This document shows, piece by piece, positions 1 to 10,539 of a stretch of 64,000 nucleotides of DNA. Position numbers and translations under genes: made by a program. Positions within the stretch are counted from its first letter, which is position 1. Every line of letters begins with the position of its first letter. The stretch is from an uncultured Chloroflexia bacterium (GTDB lineage: Bacteria > Chloroflexota > Anaerolineae > CG2-30-64-16): positions 512,001 through 576,000 of the forward strand of contig CAWEMM010000006.1 in NCBI GenBank assembly GCA_963810095.1, written 5' to 3'. The notes beneath the pieces were generated by a model. That model saw only the letters and a list, made by a program, of their open reading frames with translations. It searched no databases and was not told the DNA's origin.

Positions 1-1
1 C

Positions 2-736
2 GTTAAGGAAGTCAGCTACCGTTATGGGCAAAACTGGGCACTGAGCGATATCTCGTTCAGCCTGGAGCGCGGCACGCTAAACGTCATCGCCGGCCGCAAC
101 GGCGCGGGCAAATCCACGCTCTTGCGCTGCCTGGCCGGCTGGGCCCAGCCGACGCGCGGGCAGGTGGAACTGCTGGGCGTCCCCATGTACTCGTTCGAGC
201 GCCAGTCGCGCGCCCGCGTTCTGCTCGTACCCGACACCCCGCCCTTCTACGACGAGCTGACCGAGTGGGAACACGTCCAGTTCATCGCCCAGGCCAACCG
301 GCTCAAGGACTGGCAGGCGCCGGCAGAGTCCTGGCTGAAGCAGTTCGGCCTGTGGGCCGCCCGCGACGCGTATCCATTCTCTCTTTCGCGCGGCATGAAG
401 TACAAGCTCGCGCTCTGCCTCGCGCTGATGCTCACGCCGCCGCTCCTCCTCCTCGACGAACCGCTCGGCCCACTTGACCCGGTATCCGCCGGCTTACTGT
501 GGGAAGAACTGGAGCGCCGGCGGGATGCGGGCATGACGATCCTGCTCAGCTCGCATCAAACGCCACCCGTCGATCCCGATCGCTATCTCCTGATGGAAAA
601 CGGGCTGCTGATCCGCGACGTTTCGGGCCAGGAGGCCGAGGCCGAGGACAGCACGCTGGGACAACTGCTGGCATACGCACTCGACCAGCTTGACCCACCA
701 CAGCAAAACGACGCGCAAGGCCGGCGACATGCGTGA
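2..736 (+). CDS. ABC transporter ATP-binding protein (5' truncated by window edge)
   Basis: Frame open from base 2. Walker A GRNGAGKST, signature-like LSRGMK, Walker B LLLLDEP, H-loop SSH. Confidence 0.92.
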   Translation, partial: VKEVSYRYGQNWALSDISFSLERGTLNVIAGRNGAGKSTLLRCLAGWAQPTRGQVELLGVPMYSFERQSRARVLLVPDTPPFYDELTEWEHVQFIAQANRLKDWQAPAESWLKQFGLWAARDAYPFSLSRGMKYKLALCLALMLTPPLLLLDEPLGPLDPVSAGLLWEELERRRDAGMTILLSSHQTPPVDPDRYLLMENGLLIRDVSGQEAEAEDSTLGQLLAYALDQLDPPQQNDAQGRRHA

Positions 737-2264
737 TTTTCGCCTGCTGGGCTGGCTGCGCTGGCGGCAGTGGCGGTCGAGCGCGCTCTACTGGCTGCGC
801 ACCCTGGGGTACGATCCGCAGCGCCAGAACCTGATCGACCGGATGTATGCCCTCTATCTCATCGTGTTTGGGCTCATTTGGGTCTTCGGCGTGGGGATCG
901 CGGCCGTGCACCAGGCTTCCGAGATCGGGCACGCCCTGCCGCTCACACTGACGCAGTGGGTGCTCGCGGCCTTGCCGTGGCTTTTCGTCGCGGGAGCGAT
1001 CTACCTGTTCGTCAGGGCCCTGCGGGCTTCGCCGGTGCTGCTCAGCTTCCCCGACATGGCCTTCGTCGCGGCTTCGCCGCTCAGCCGGACCGCGGTTGTG
1101 CTCGTCAACTTCGTCCAGTCCTGCATCCAGCACTGGATCGTCGTGCTGCCCCTGTTTGCCTTGCTGATCGTCGTCGTTGCCCAGCCCCTCGGCCAGCCGC
1201 TGGCGCGGACGGCTGCGCTGCGCGGCACAGCTATCGTCGCACCCTTCGTGCCGCTGCTGCTTGCGCTGGCATGGACGGCGGGCCTGGTGCGGCTGCGGGA
1301 ACGCGAACGTCCTGGCAGCGGCGCGTGGTGGCTGGCGCCCTTCCTGCTGGCGCCGCTCGCCGTGCTGCTGCTGCCGCTGCGCTGGCCGGGTATGGCTTCC
1401 AGCAACGCAATCCAGGGCGGTCCGATCCTGGTGCCCGTGGTCGTCCTGTCCGTGCTTGCGCTGGCCGCGGTCGTGCTGCTGGCGAAGGTGGCCGCAAACA
1501 CGAACCTGATCGCGGCCGCCGAGGAAAGCCGGACGTACGCCCGCTTGAACGCACTGGGCCTCATGGCCTTTCTCGCGCCCGACGTCTCGATCCGCATCCG
1601 GCGCCAGGAGTCGCTGGCGCGGCGCCAGGCAAGATTCCGACTGGCGAACGCCCGCGGCCGTGGTACCCTGGTCGCGCGCTCGGCCCTCTTCAGCCTGCGC
1701 CGGCCCATGGCGCTGCTCCAATTGTTCCTGTGGGGCGCGGGCCTCGCCATTAGCACCGCGTGGCTGCTGCTCAGCCAACCTCCGCTGCTCTTGTGGTTCT
1801 TCTGGGTCACCTTCCTGGTGCTCGTGCCGCCGAAGATGCTGGTGGAGTCTTACGAGGCAGACGTGGCCGATCCGTTTCTGCGCCAGCTGCTGCCGATGGG
1901 CAACGGCCCGCTCGCACTCGTCGGGGGCATCGTGCCGGCTTTCGTGCTGTGGCTGGGCGCTTGGGCCGGCGTCCTGCTGAGCGGCTGGAGGCTGGGATTC
2001 TCGGCCGCCGGCTGGATTGCGGGCGCGCTGCTGGCGGCTGCGGCCGTCTGGATTCTGCTCCTCGCGCAGGCAGCGGCGGCCGCCCGCGTCAGCGTCTTCG
2101 GCTGGCGGCCCCCCTACGCGGGCTGGTTGCTCATCGTCCTGGCGCTCGTGGGAAGTGCCATGCTGGCGCTTGGACCGCTTGCCGGGGGCATCACGGGGCT
2201 GGCGATCGGGGTGGTGGCATTGTGGATCGCGGTCGCTGCCAGCCCGGCCATCGCCCTGGAGTGA
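729..2264 (+). CDS. Multi-pass membrane protein, probable ABC exporter permease
   Basis: ATG at 729 overlaps the ATPase stop (ATGCGTGA). About 12 hydrophobic segments. Confidence 0.75.
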   Translation: MRDFRLLGWLRWRQWRSSALYWLRTLGYDPQRQNLIDRMYALYLIVFGLIWVFGVGIAAVHQASEIGHALPLTLTQWVLAALPWLFVAGAIYLFVRALRASPVLLSFPDMAFVAASPLSRTAVVLVNFVQSCIQHWIVVLPLFALLIVVVAQPLGQPLARTAALRGTAIVAPFVPLLLALAWTAGLVRLRERERPGSGAWWLAPFLLAPLAVLLLPLRWPGMASSNAIQGGPILVPVVVLSVLALAAVVLLAKVAANTNLIAAAEESRTYARLNALGLMAFLAPDVSIRIRRQESLARRQARFRLANARGRGTLVARSALFSLRRPMALLQLFLWGAGLAISTAWLLLSQPPLLLWFFWVTFLVLVPPKMLVESYEADVADPFLRQLLPMGNGPLALVGGIVPAFVLWLGAWAGVLLSGWRLGFSAAGWIAGALLAAAAVWILLLAQAAAAARVSVFGWRPPYAGWLLIVLALVGSAMLALGPLAGGITGLAIGVVALWIAVAASPAIALE

Positions 2265-2312
2265 GCGAGCGGACCGCGGCCTAAACAGTCGCAGCGTGAA
2301 AATGTTCGCTAG

Positions 2313-2355
2313 GGCCGGTCTCTGACCGTGCCCCTGGCTTGGTCGGAGACCGGCC
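2313..2355. terminator. GC-rich inverted repeat between convergent genes
   Basis: GGCCGGTCTCTGACC...GGTCGGAGACCGGCC, 14/15 arm match. Confidence 0.5.
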
Positions 2356-2380
2356 AGAGCCATTTCGCCTGGCGCTTGGT

Positions 2381-3205
2381 CTAGACCGAACAGTTCGAGC
2401 CGAGACGGGGCGCACTGTGTCTGGACGGCAGGAGACCCGCGGGCTTCCGAAGCCCCGCCGATTGGGCCCCTATCCCCGGTCGCTCGGTTACGCAGGTTCG
2501 CTGTCTCGGCTTTGATCGGCGATCCGCCAGCAGGTCGGCCCAAACCCGCTCGCGGCCGGCTTCGGACTCGAACGCCAGGTGCACGACTTCGCGAACCGGC
2601 CGCTTCGCCTTCTTGCCGTCCGAAGGAGGCTGGCGCCAGTAGCTGATGCGGAGGCCGGGCTGGCATGCCGCGCCGAAAGCGACGGTTCCGGCCAGTGCGC
2701 CTTCTACCTCTTCCGGCCTGAAGAAGATGTACCACATGCCCACCCGCTCGCCGGGAAAACTGCCCAGAAGAAAACGCGACACGGGCTGAATGGCCATGAT
2801 TGCATGTTCGCGCGAGCCAAAGCTGCGCCAGTATGCGGTGAGGTTGGCCAGGTGCGCTTCCTTCGCTTCGACCTCGAACCGGCCCGTGACAAACGCGGCT
2901 TCTTTGTCGTCGGGCGCCATGCGCAGCGGTCTCGGCGCATCGAGCGCCGGCTGTGGCGTGAAGCGTACGTAGCCGGCCCGGGCGGCCCAATTGCGGAGTA
3001 CGACGAGCCCCAACACGCCGAGCAGAATGAGCGCGAGCACCAGCCAGTGCCATACGGGCAGCGGCGGACGCCCGCGCGCCAGCCACTGCAGCACGATGAT
3101 TGCCGCGGCCAGCAACCCGAGGTTGCGGGCCAAGACGTCCTGCTGCGTGTCCGCGAACTTGTGCGTCCGTAACTGGTAAGCCAGCCTAAACAATCGCGCG
3201 CTCAT
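2381..3205 (-). CDS. Hypothetical membrane protein (two N-terminal TM helices); true stop may be TAA at 2488-2490
   Basis: ATG abuts the EamA stop. The last ~45 aa look non-coding, and removing one base near 2520 gives an earlier stop. Confidence 0.7.
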   Translation of the reverse strand: MSARLFRLAYQLRTHKFADTQQDVLARNLGLLAAAIIVLQWLARGRPPLPVWHWLVLALILLGVLGLVVLRNWAARAGYVRFTPQPALDAPRPLRMAPDDKEAAFVTGRFEVEAKEAHLANLTAYWRSFGSREHAIMAIQPVSRFLLGSFPGERVGMWYIFFRPEEVEGALAGTVAFGAACQPGLRISYWRQPPSDGKKAKRPVREVVHLAFESEAGRERVWADLLADRRSKPRQRTCVTERPGIGAQSAGLRKPAGLLPSRHSAPRLGSNCSV

Positions 3206-4196
3206 TTATTCCCCGCCAAGAAGCTGTCGCTTGCGCGCCCCGGTGCGCGTCACCATCAATCCCGCCAGCACCACGGCGCCGCCCAGCAGTTGGACCGGCG
3301 CGAGCGTATCCCCGAGCGTGATCCAGGCAAAGACAATCGCTACGACCGGCGTCAGGTTCTGGTAGACTGCGGTCCGTGCGTTCCCCACCCGCTTCACGCT
3401 CACGGAGTATATCACGTACCCCACCGTCACAGAGAGCACGGCGGAGTAGACCAGCGCCCCCCATGCCACGGGCGGGACGGCCGCCCAATCCTGGGCGAGC
3501 ATCTGGGGCAGGCTGACCAATACGAGCGGGACGGTGCCGGCCAGCATGGTCCAGGCAGTCATTTCAAGGGGGCTGTAGCGGGCCAGCAAGGGCTTGCTGC
3601 CGACGGTATACACGGCCCACAGCATCGCGCAGCCGAGGATCAGGACATCGCCCAGGATCGAGCTGCCGTTGAGGTCGAACTTGCCGCCGCCGGCGATCAG
3701 CAGGGCCATGCCGGCGAACGAGAGCGCGATGCCCGCGGCCATCATCCGGTTGACGCGCTCGATGCGCAGGAGGAACCCAAGGACCGCCACCCAGATCGGG
3801 CGAGGTGCCCATGATCAGGGAAGCGTTGCCGGGCGCGGTGCGCGCCAGTCCGTTTGCGAAAAGAACCTGGTAGATGGTGTGGCCGGCAAGACCGAGCAGG
3901 AAAATCCGGCCCGCGTCGCGCACAGGCACTTTTAGGGGCGCGCCTCGGTGCGGCCGGGCCTGGAACGCCAGAACGGCGAAGGTCACAACGGTCGCCAGGG
4001 CAAAACGGGTCCCGTTGAACGCCAGGGGGGCCATCGAGTTCAGCGCAACCTTGACCGCGGTGAAGTTGATGCCCCAGATCACGACCGCGATGAGCATCAG
4101 CACGTCGCTGCTGACCCGAGGCTTTGTTCCTGCCGACGCTGAATCCACCCCGCTCTTCACGTGCGCAGGGGCCCTCGACTCGCTCACCGGGGGCAC
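3206..4196 (-). CDS. DMT/EamA family transporter, split by a +1 frameshift near 3798
   Basis: IWGINFTAVK...R and the second EamA repeat (GDVLILG...WAVY) lie in different frames. Removing one C restores MGTSPIWVAVLG. Confidence 0.88.
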
Positions 4197-4245
4197 GCCG
4201 GCGCGGCGGATGGGCGCCCGACCGCCGCAAGCGCGTGGGGCATCG

Positions 4246-5106
4246 CTACGCCCCTGCGACGAGCAGCGCGAAGTAGGCGATCAAGGGGAAAGTAAACATG
4301 AGGCTGTCCAGACGGTCGAGGATGCCGCCGTGTCCGGGGATGAGGTTGCCCGTGTCCTTGATGTGGGCCATGCGCTTAAGCAGCGAGACGGCAAAATCGC
4401 CGAATGTGCCGAGCACGGCGACCAGAACGCCGATGAGCAGGCCCTGCCAGACGTTCAGGCCCACCAGCCAACCCCCGATCAAGGGTCCCGCGATCATGCA
4501 GCCGGCGATCTCGCCGGCCAGCCCTTCCCAGGTCTTCTTGGGGCTGATGCGCGGCCAAAGCTTGTGGCGTCCGATCGTCTTGCCCACGAAGTACGCCGAG
4601 GTGTCGCCGATCCAGGTCATCAGAAATGCGAAGAGGACCCATTGCAGGCCGTTCGGCCGCTCGCGCAGGATGACGAAGTAGCTCAACATCGTCCCGAGAT
4701 AGAGCGCACTGGCGACCGTGATCGCCCAATTCTGCGTCGGTCGTTCTGACTTGTCGTAGAGCGCGTAGATGAGCGAGGTGATGATCAGCAGGACGAGAAG
4801 CGGAGGGAGAAGATCGACCGTGACCAGGCCCGACCCGTTCAGATACGCGGCCAGAATCGCAAGGATGACGAAGAAGAGTCCCACCAGGCGGTCGACCGCG
4901 AAATCGCTGCGCTGTAGGAGCCGGCTCATTTCGCCCCAGGCAACTACCCCTGCCAGCACAATGCCGAACGTCCACGGAATCCCGCCAAGGTAGACGAACA
5001 GGAGGACGACGGGGATCAGGACGATGGCGCTCAGCACACGCGCACGCAGCACGGCGGACTCCGTTCGTGAAGCAGGTTCGCTGGAAGCAGTAGGCTGTAG
5101 AGACAT
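4246..5106 (-). CDS. cdsA: Phosphatidate cytidylyltransferase
   Basis: DTSAYFVG, ISPKKTWEG, KDTGNLIPGHGGILDRLDS; follows uppS. Confidence 0.96.
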   Translation of the reverse strand: MSLQPTASSEPASRTESAVLRARVLSAIVLIPVVLLFVYLGGIPWTFGIVLAGVVAWGEMSRLLQRSDFAVDRLVGLFFVILAILAAYLNGSGLVTVDLLPPLLVLLIITSLIYALYDKSERPTQNWAITVASALYLGTMLSYFVILRERPNGLQWVLFAFLMTWIGDTSAYFVGKTIGRHKLWPRISPKKTWEGLAGEIAGCMIAGPLIGGWLVGLNVWQGLLIGVLVAVLGTFGDFAVSLLKRMAHIKDTGNLIPGHGGILDRLDSLMFTFPLIAYFALLVAGA

Positions 5107-5148
5107 GATTGTTATGCGTACTCAGCCGCGGACCCGGCGCCGCGCAGC

Positions 5149-5910
5149 TTATGTTTTGCTCTCGGGTTCCGGGACCTTGCCGAAGCGGCGTTCCCGCTGG
5201 CTGTATTCAATCAGGGCAGAGGCCAGCTCAGCCTCGTCGAAATCGGGCCAAAACGTCGGCGTCGCGTAATACTCGGCATAAGCAGCCTGCCAAATGAGGA
5301 AGTTGCTCAAACGCCATTCGCCGCCCGTGCGGATGATGAAGTCGGGGTCGGGTAGGCCGGCATTGTAGAGGTAATCTGAGATAACGTCCTCGGTAACATC
5401 CTCGGGTCGCAACCCATCGCGGAGGATGTGCCTGAGGGCATCGACAATTTCGGCTCGCCCGCCGTAATTAAACGCGACGTTGAGCGTGATCTTGGTGTTG
5501 TTGACGGTCAACGCAACGGCATCCTGTATCTGCTGTGCGAGCCGGGGCGCCACGCCCTCCAACCGCCCGCTGTGCAAGATGCGGACGTTATTGGCGTGCA
5601 GATCGTGGGTCTCGCGGCGGATGGCCTGGCCCAGGATGGTCATGAGGCCGGCGACCTCATCCGGCGGCCGCCCCCAGTTCTCCGTCGAAAACGCATAGAC
5701 CGTCAGCACCTTGATGCCGAAGTCAGCGCACGCCCGCAGAACCCGGCGCAGGTTGTCCGTGCCGGCTTTATGCCCTGCGACCCGCGGCAGTCCACGCTTG
5801 CGCGCCCATCGCCCGTTGCCGTCCATGATGATGCCCACATGGTAGGGGATGCGGGTGACCTCAGGATACCGCTGGGGCAAGGTCAGGTTGTCGACCGGTT
5901 GTGGCGCCAC
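5149..5910 (-). CDS. uppS: Undecaprenyl diphosphate synthase (isoprenyl transferase)
   Basis: [36 protein letters not shown]. Confidence 0.97.
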   Translation of the reverse strand: MAPQPVDNLTLPQRYPEVTRIPYHVGIIMDGNGRWARKRGLPRVAGHKAGTDNLRRVLRACADFGIKVLTVYAFSTENWGRPPDEVAGLMTILGQAIRRETHDLHANNVRILHSGRLEGVAPRLAQQIQDAVALTVNNTKITLNVAFNYGGRAEIVDALRHILRDGLRPEDVTEDVISDYLYNAGLPDPDFIIRTGGEWRLSNFLIWQAAYAEYYATPTFWPDFDEAELASALIEYSQRERRFGKVPEPESKT

Positions 5911-5911
5911 A

Positions 5912-6469
5912 TTAGCCTTCCAGGATTTCCGCTTCTTTGGCCTTGCCGATCTCGTCGATCTGCTTGATGTACTTATCGGTCTGTTCCTGCACCTGCTCCT
6001 GGCCCTTGTGCAGATCGTCCTCGTCGATCATCTTCTCTTTTTCGGCGTCGCGCAACATTTCGACCGCGTCGCGGCGGATGTTGCGGGCCGAAACGCGCGC
6101 CTCCTCGACCCGCCGCGCCACCTGCTTGTTCAGGTCGCGGCGGCGTTCCTCGGTCAGCTGCGGGATGATCAACCGGATGGCCTGCCCATCGCTGTTCGGC
6201 GTAAGACCCAGGTCAGACTTGAGGATGGCCTTCTCGATCAAGCCCACCGTATTGCGGTCCCAGGGCCGGATCATGAGCACGCGGGGTTCCGGCACGGTGA
6301 CGCCGGCAAGTTGAATCAAGGGAGTGGGCGTGCCGTAGTACTCGACCATCAGGCGCTCGACCAGCGCGGGCGAAGCCCGGCCGGTGCGGATCGCGCGCAG
6401 ATCGTTCTGCAGCGCGTCGATGGTCTTTTCCATCCGCTCACGGGCATCCGCCAAGATGTCCTTTATCAT
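5912..6469 (-). CDS. frr: Ribosome recycling factor
   Basis: [22 protein letters not shown]; GGAGG SD before ATG at 6469. Confidence 0.97.
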   Translation of the reverse strand: MIKDILADARERMEKTIDALQNDLRAIRTGRASPALVERLMVEYYGTPTPLIQLAGVTVPEPRVLMIRPWDRNTVGLIEKAILKSDLGLTPNSDGQAIRLIIPQLTEERRRDLNKQVARRVEEARVSARNIRRDAVEMLRDAEKEKMIDEDDLHKGQEQVQEQTDKYIKQIDEIGKAKEAEILEG

Positions 6470-6507
6470 CAAGACCTCCTCAGGCTCCCCATGTACCGCA
6501 AACAAAA

Positions 6508-6573
6508 CGGGGATTAAGGGATGCGGGGATAGAGATATTTATAACATCTCATTTTCGCATCCCCTAATCCCCG
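6508..6573. repeat. Intergenic palindrome built from 8-nt GGGGAT-type units
   Basis: CGGGGATTAAGGGATGCG...CGCATCCCCTAATCCCCG between pyrH and frr. Confidence 0.75.
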
Positions 6574-6620
6574 CGAACGCTATGCGACTCGGCGTGCCAG
6601 GGTCCGATCATGCGCCGGCG

Positions 6621-7349
6621 TTATGCGCTGACAACTGTGCCGACGGACAATCCCAGGACGGCCTTTTCGACGCTCTCCGGCTCCCACAGATCGAGGACGA
6701 TGATCGGCAGATCGTTGTCCATGCACAGGGTCAACGCGGTGTTGTCCATGACGCCCACACGGCGGTTCAACGCCTCGATGTAGCTCAGGCGATCGAACTT
6801 CACCGCGTCCGGGTTCTTTTTCGGGTCTTTGTCATAGACGCCGTTCACCTTGGTGGCCTTGATCAGGACCTCGGCGTGGATCTCCATGGCCCGCAGCGCG
6901 GCGGCCGTATCGGTGGTGAAGTATGGATTGCCGGTGCCCGCTGCCAGCAGGATGACGTAACCCTTCTCCAGGTGCCGGATGGCCCGCCCGCGAATATACG
7001 GCTCGGCCACGCTCTGCATCTGGATCGCGGTCATCACCCGCGCTTCCTGGCCCGTTCGCTTGATCGCGTCGGCCAGGGCCAGCGCGTTCATGACGGTCGC
7101 CAGCATGCCCATGTGATCGGCCGTGGTTTGCTCCATCCCGTGCGCCTGGCCATCGCGGCCGCGCCAGATGTTGCCTGCACCGATCACCACGGCCACCTCT
7201 GCGCCCATTTCGCGCAGCCGCCGAATCTTCCCCGCCAGGACGTCAGCCTCGTGTGGGTCGATCCCGAAACCGCCCTCGCCCGCCAGGGCTTCGCCCCCGA
7301 GCTTGAGCAGGATACGATTGTAGCGCAGGGTAGCCGTGTGCTTGTTCAA
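6621..7349 (-). CDS. pyrH: UMP kinase
   Basis: [29 protein letters not shown]; tsf-frr synteny. Confidence 0.97.
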   Translation of the reverse strand: MNKHTATLRYNRILLKLGGEALAGEGGFGIDPHEADVLAGKIRRLREMGAEVAVVIGAGNIWRGRDGQAHGMEQTTADHMGMLATVMNALALADAIKRTGQEARVMTAIQMQSVAEPYIRGRAIRHLEKGYVILLAAGTGNPYFTTDTAAALRAMEIHAEVLIKATKVNGVYDKDPKKNPDAVKFDRLSYIEALNRRVGVMDNTALTLCMDNDLPIIVLDLWEPESVEKAVLGLSVGTVVSA

Positions 7350-7357
7350 GGTACTAC

Positions 7358-7948
7358 TCAGCCGCCAACTTCAAGACGGGCGAACCGGCGCACCTGGATG
7401 TTCTCGCCGAGTTTGGCGATCGTCTGGGTGACCAGGTCCTTGATCTTCAGGCTCTCATCCTTGATGTAAGGCTGTTCGAGCAGGACGTTTTCCTCGAAGT
7501 ACTTGCCGAGCTTGCCTTCGAGAATCCGCGCGGCCTGTTCGGGCGTCTTGCCCGGGTCGATAGTCAGGCGGAACTGGTTCTTCAGCTCGTCCAGCGCTTC
7601 GGGAGTGATGTCGTCCGTCTTGACGAAGGTCGGGCGGGCGGCCACGACCTGCATCGCCAACTCGCGGATGAGCGACTGGAACTGCTCGGTGCGTGCCACG
7701 AAGTCCGACTCGCAGTTGACTTCGACCAGCGCGGCGACCTTGCTGCCCGTGTGGATGTAATGGCCGATCAGCCCTTCCTTGGTCACCCGGTCGGCCTTCT
7801 TGGCGGCCGCGGCGAGGCCCTTTTCACGAAGGAACTCGGCAGCCTTCGCCATATCGCCTTCCGACTTTTCCAGCGCCTTACGACAATCCAAAACGCCCGC
7901 GTTCGTTTGCGCGCGCAGTTCTTTCACCATGGTGGCAGTGATTTCCAC
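7358..7948 (-). CDS. tsf: Elongation factor Ts (short form)
   Basis: [32 protein letters not shown]. Confidence 0.97.
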   Translation of the reverse strand: MEITATMVKELRAQTNAGVLDCRKALEKSEGDMAKAAEFLREKGLAAAAKKADRVTKEGLIGHYIHTGSKVAALVEVNCESDFVARTEQFQSLIRELAMQVVAARPTFVKTDDITPEALDELKNQFRLTIDPGKTPEQAARILEGKLGKYFEENVLLEQPYIKDESLKIKDLVTQTIAKLGENIQVRRFARLEVGG

Positions 7949-7980
7949 AACAATACTCCTGATATAGGTACGCGCTAGGG

Positions 7981-8952
7981 TTACGCGTTCTCGGCGGTGT
8001 CGGCGTTCTCGACGGTCTCGGTGTTTTCGGCGCTCGGAGCGGCCGGCTGGACGTCCACAGCGGTTTCTTCTTCACGGTCCAGGCCCTGGGCCAGCTTCTC
8101 GAGCACGGAGGGCCCGAGGTAATCCTCGGCGGCGCCTTCTTCTTCGGGCGAGAAGTCGTCGACGGTCATCCGCGCGATCCGGTCGAGCTTCTCCTGCGCC
8201 AGTTCGTCTTCCGGCTCAGGCTCGGCGCCCGGGGCGGAGGTTGCCGCACGGTCGGCCTCGTCGACGGCGCGCATCTGCAGCCCTTCGACCACCGCGTCGG
8301 CCATCTTGCCCGCCATCAGCTTGATCGCGCGGATTGCATCGTCGTTCGACGGGATCGGGTAGTCGATCGGGTCGGGATCGCAGTTGGTGTCGACCATCGC
8401 CACGATGGGGATGTGCAGCTTGTTCGCTTCGATCACGGCCAGTTCTTCACGCATTACGTCGACGATGAAGATCATGTCGGGCAGGTGCGTCATGCTGCGC
8501 AGGCCGCCAATGCGGCTGTTGAGGCGGACGAGTTCCTTCTGCAGCAGGAGCGCTTCCTTCTTCGGAAGGCGATCCAGCTCGCCGCGCGACTGGCGGCGTT
8601 CGAGTTCCTGCATGTACTCGACGCGCTGGCGGATGGTGCGGAAGTTAGTCAGCGTGCCACCGAGCCAGCGGGTGGTGATGTAGGGCATGCCGCAGCGATC
8701 GGCCTCGGCCTTGATGGTTTCCTGCGCCTGCTTCTTCGTGCCGACGAAGAGGACGAGTCCACCCTCGCGCACTGCGTCACGGACGACCGTGTAGGCGTTG
8801 TTGACCTGGCGCATGGTCTGCTGCAGGTCAATGATGTGGATCCCATTGCGCTCCGTGAAGATGAAGGTGCGCATCTTGGGGTGCCAGCGGCGGGTGCGGT
8901 GGCCAAAGTGGACGCCGGCTTCGAGCAACTGCTTCATGGAAATAACAGACAC
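7981..8952 (-). CDS. rpsB: 30S ribosomal protein S2 with acidic C-terminal extension
   Basis: [34 protein letters not shown]; GTG start. Confidence 0.98.
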   Translation of the reverse strand: MSVISMKQLLEAGVHFGHRTRRWHPKMRTFIFTERNGIHIIDLQQTMRQVNNAYTVVRDAVREGGLVLFVGTKKQAQETIKAEADRCGMPYITTRWLGGTLTNFRTIRQRVEYMQELERRQSRGELDRLPKKEALLLQKELVRLNSRIGGLRSMTHLPDMIFIVDVMREELAVIEANKLHIPIVAMVDTNCDPDPIDYPIPSNDDAIRAIKLMAGKMADAVVEGLQMRAVDEADRAATSAPGAEPEPEDELAQEKLDRIARMTVDDFSPEEEGAAEDYLGPSVLEKLAQGLDREEETAVDVQPAAPSAENTETVENADTAENA

Positions 8953-9125
8953 GACAGTTCTCCCTTTCCGTTTGAGCTTCCGCCGGCATCAACAACCTGG
9001 AACCTCACCCGCACGAGGACCGTGCGCCAACCTTGTTGGCGTGGTCGCTTGCTTTCGCTTAGGGATGAGGCACGGCCAGTCTAAATGCCGGCGTGCAAGA
9101 TAAGGGCCGGCTGAGGCCGACCCGA
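8953..9125 (-). promoter_or_regulatory. Structured rpsB 5' leader (probable S2 autoregulatory RNA)
   Basis: ~170 nt leader closed by a 9-bp long-range stem (CGCCGGCAT 8981-8989 / ATGCCGGCG 9085-9093) with internal hairpins. Confidence 0.6.
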
Positions 9126-9131
9126 AGGAGG

Positions 9132-9160
9132 ATTATAGCACAGGGGTCAGAGCGGGGCAA
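9132..9160 (-). promoter_or_regulatory. Sigma70-type promoter of the rpsB operon
   Basis: TTGCCC-N17-TATAAT with extended -10 TG. Confidence 0.7.
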
Positions 9161-9161
9161 G

Positions 9162-9190
9162 TTGGGCCAGTGTGCCAGTTGTGCTACACT
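9162..9190 (+). promoter_or_regulatory. Possible divergent promoter for the Trm112-like gene
   Basis: TTGGGC-N17-TACACT with extended TG, back-to-back with the rpsB promoter. Confidence 0.4.
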
Positions 9191-9231
9191 ATTCCCGCCT
9201 ATTTGCAGGCCTCATCGACCAGCCAGGAGAC

Positions 9232-9480
9232 ATGCTGATGATCCCACAGGACTTGCTCGACATTTTGCGCTGCCCGCACTGCGTTTCGGGCGAGACCCGC
9301 GCGGCCGGCGACGATCCGGGCCGCCTCCAGTTCTACAAGGAGAGCTGGCTGATCTGCCAGGAGTCCGGCTGCGGACGCAAGTATCCGGTAGTCGACGACA
9401 TTCCGGAGATGTTGGTGGAGACCGGCGACAAGTGGGTCACCACGCCCGTCGACCAACTGCCTGTACCGGCGCGCGCCTAA
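9232..9480 (+). CDS. Trm112/YcaR-like small protein
   Basis: LLDILRCPHC...C...CGRKYPVVDDIPEML; GGAG SD. Confidence 0.85.
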   Translation: MLMIPQDLLDILRCPHCVSGETRAAGDDPGRLQFYKESWLICQESGCGRKYPVVDDIPEMLVETGDKWVTTPVDQLPVPARA

Positions 9481-10454
9481 CCAGCCGCGGGCGCGTGCTC
9501 GCCCTCGGCGCGCGCCCGCACGTCCTCCCGTTCGAGCGGCTTCTGCTTCACCAGCCGGAATAAGTCGAAATCGCGCGCGACATACGTCTCGGGAAAGACG
9601 ACTGCCGCCTCTTCCTGAATCTGCTTGCCGGAATAGCGTCGCGAGACGTGGTGCAGAATCAGATGCTTTACGCCTGCTTCGCGCGCCAGCCACGCCGACT
9701 GCTTCGCCGTGAGGTGCCCAAAGTCGCTCGCAGTATCACGCTCCGCCTCGATATACGTCGCCTCAATGGCCAGCAGGTCGGCCCCGGCCACATGGCTCAC
9801 CAGGTTGTCCACCCGCCCCGCGTCGCCCACGAAGGCCAGCTTGATTCCGGGCACTTCCTCGCCCAACACATGCTCGGGGCGGATCGTCCGGCCGTCGGGC
9901 AGGGTGACAGACTCGCCGTTGACGAGGTCACGGCGGATGGGGCCAAAGGGAACGCCCAGCTCGGCAGCTTTATCGGCCAAAAACGGCCGCCGCGCCTTTT
10001 CCTCGAACAGGTAGCCGAACGCCTCGGTGCGGCGGTGCTCCACCGGGAACGCCGCGACGCGAAAGATGTCGTCTTCCAGCAGCAGACCGGGTTGCACCGG
10101 ACGATAGCCAATGTTGATCTTGCCTTCGGCGGGCCCAAACACCACTTTCATCAGCTCGCGCACGCGGCCGAGCGCGGCCGGCCCCCCGTGGATGACCATC
10201 TCCTCCAGGGCTTCCCAGCGGCCAAAGGTCGATGCCAGCCCGCCGAGGCCGAGAATATGGTCGAGGTGCCCGTGCGTCAGAAGCACGCGCTCCAGGCGCT
10301 TGAAGCCCAGGCCGCTGCGCAGGATCTGGCGCTGCGTGCCCTCACCGCAGTCGATCAGGAAACGGTACTCGCGGTGCAAGAGCATCGCCGCGGACAACCC
10401 GCGCTGCACTGACGGCGCGGAGGCCGACGTGCCCAGAAAAACCAGTTCAAACAT
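9477..10454 (-). CDS. rnz: Ribonuclease Z
   Basis: FLGTSA, DCGEGTQ, THGHLDHILG, GVPFGP exosite, EATY, HVSRRY. Confidence 0.93.
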   Translation of the reverse strand: MFELVFLGTSASAPSVQRGLSAAMLLHREYRFLIDCGEGTQRQILRSGLGFKRLERVLLTHGHLDHILGLGGLASTFGRWEALEEMVIHGGPAALGRVRELMKVVFGPAEGKINIGYRPVQPGLLLEDDIFRVAAFPVEHRRTEAFGYLFEEKARRPFLADKAAELGVPFGPIRRDLVNGESVTLPDGRTIRPEHVLGEEVPGIKLAFVGDAGRVDNLVSHVAGADLLAIEATYIEAERDTASDFGHLTAKQSAWLAREAGVKHLILHHVSRRYSGKQIQEEAAVVFPETYVARDFDLFRLVKQKPLEREDVRARAEGEHAPAAG

Positions 10455-10471
10455 TGCAGACCACCAATCTC

Positions 10472-10531
10472 AACACAAAGACACAAAGACACAGGGTCTC
10501 CACTGACCTCTTGTCCTTGTGCCTTTGTGTT
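10472..10531. repeat. Intergenic palindrome built from 8-nt ACACAAAG units
   Basis: ACACAAAG-ACACAAAG-ACACAGGG...CTTGTC-CTTGTGC-CTTTGTGT. Confidence 0.75.
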
Positions 10532-10539
10532 TAGTTCGT

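Noticed and set aside
546-3086. 846-aa minus-strand ORF
   Set aside because: Arg/Ala/Gly-rich shadow of real genes in GC-rich DNA; no recognisable motifs.
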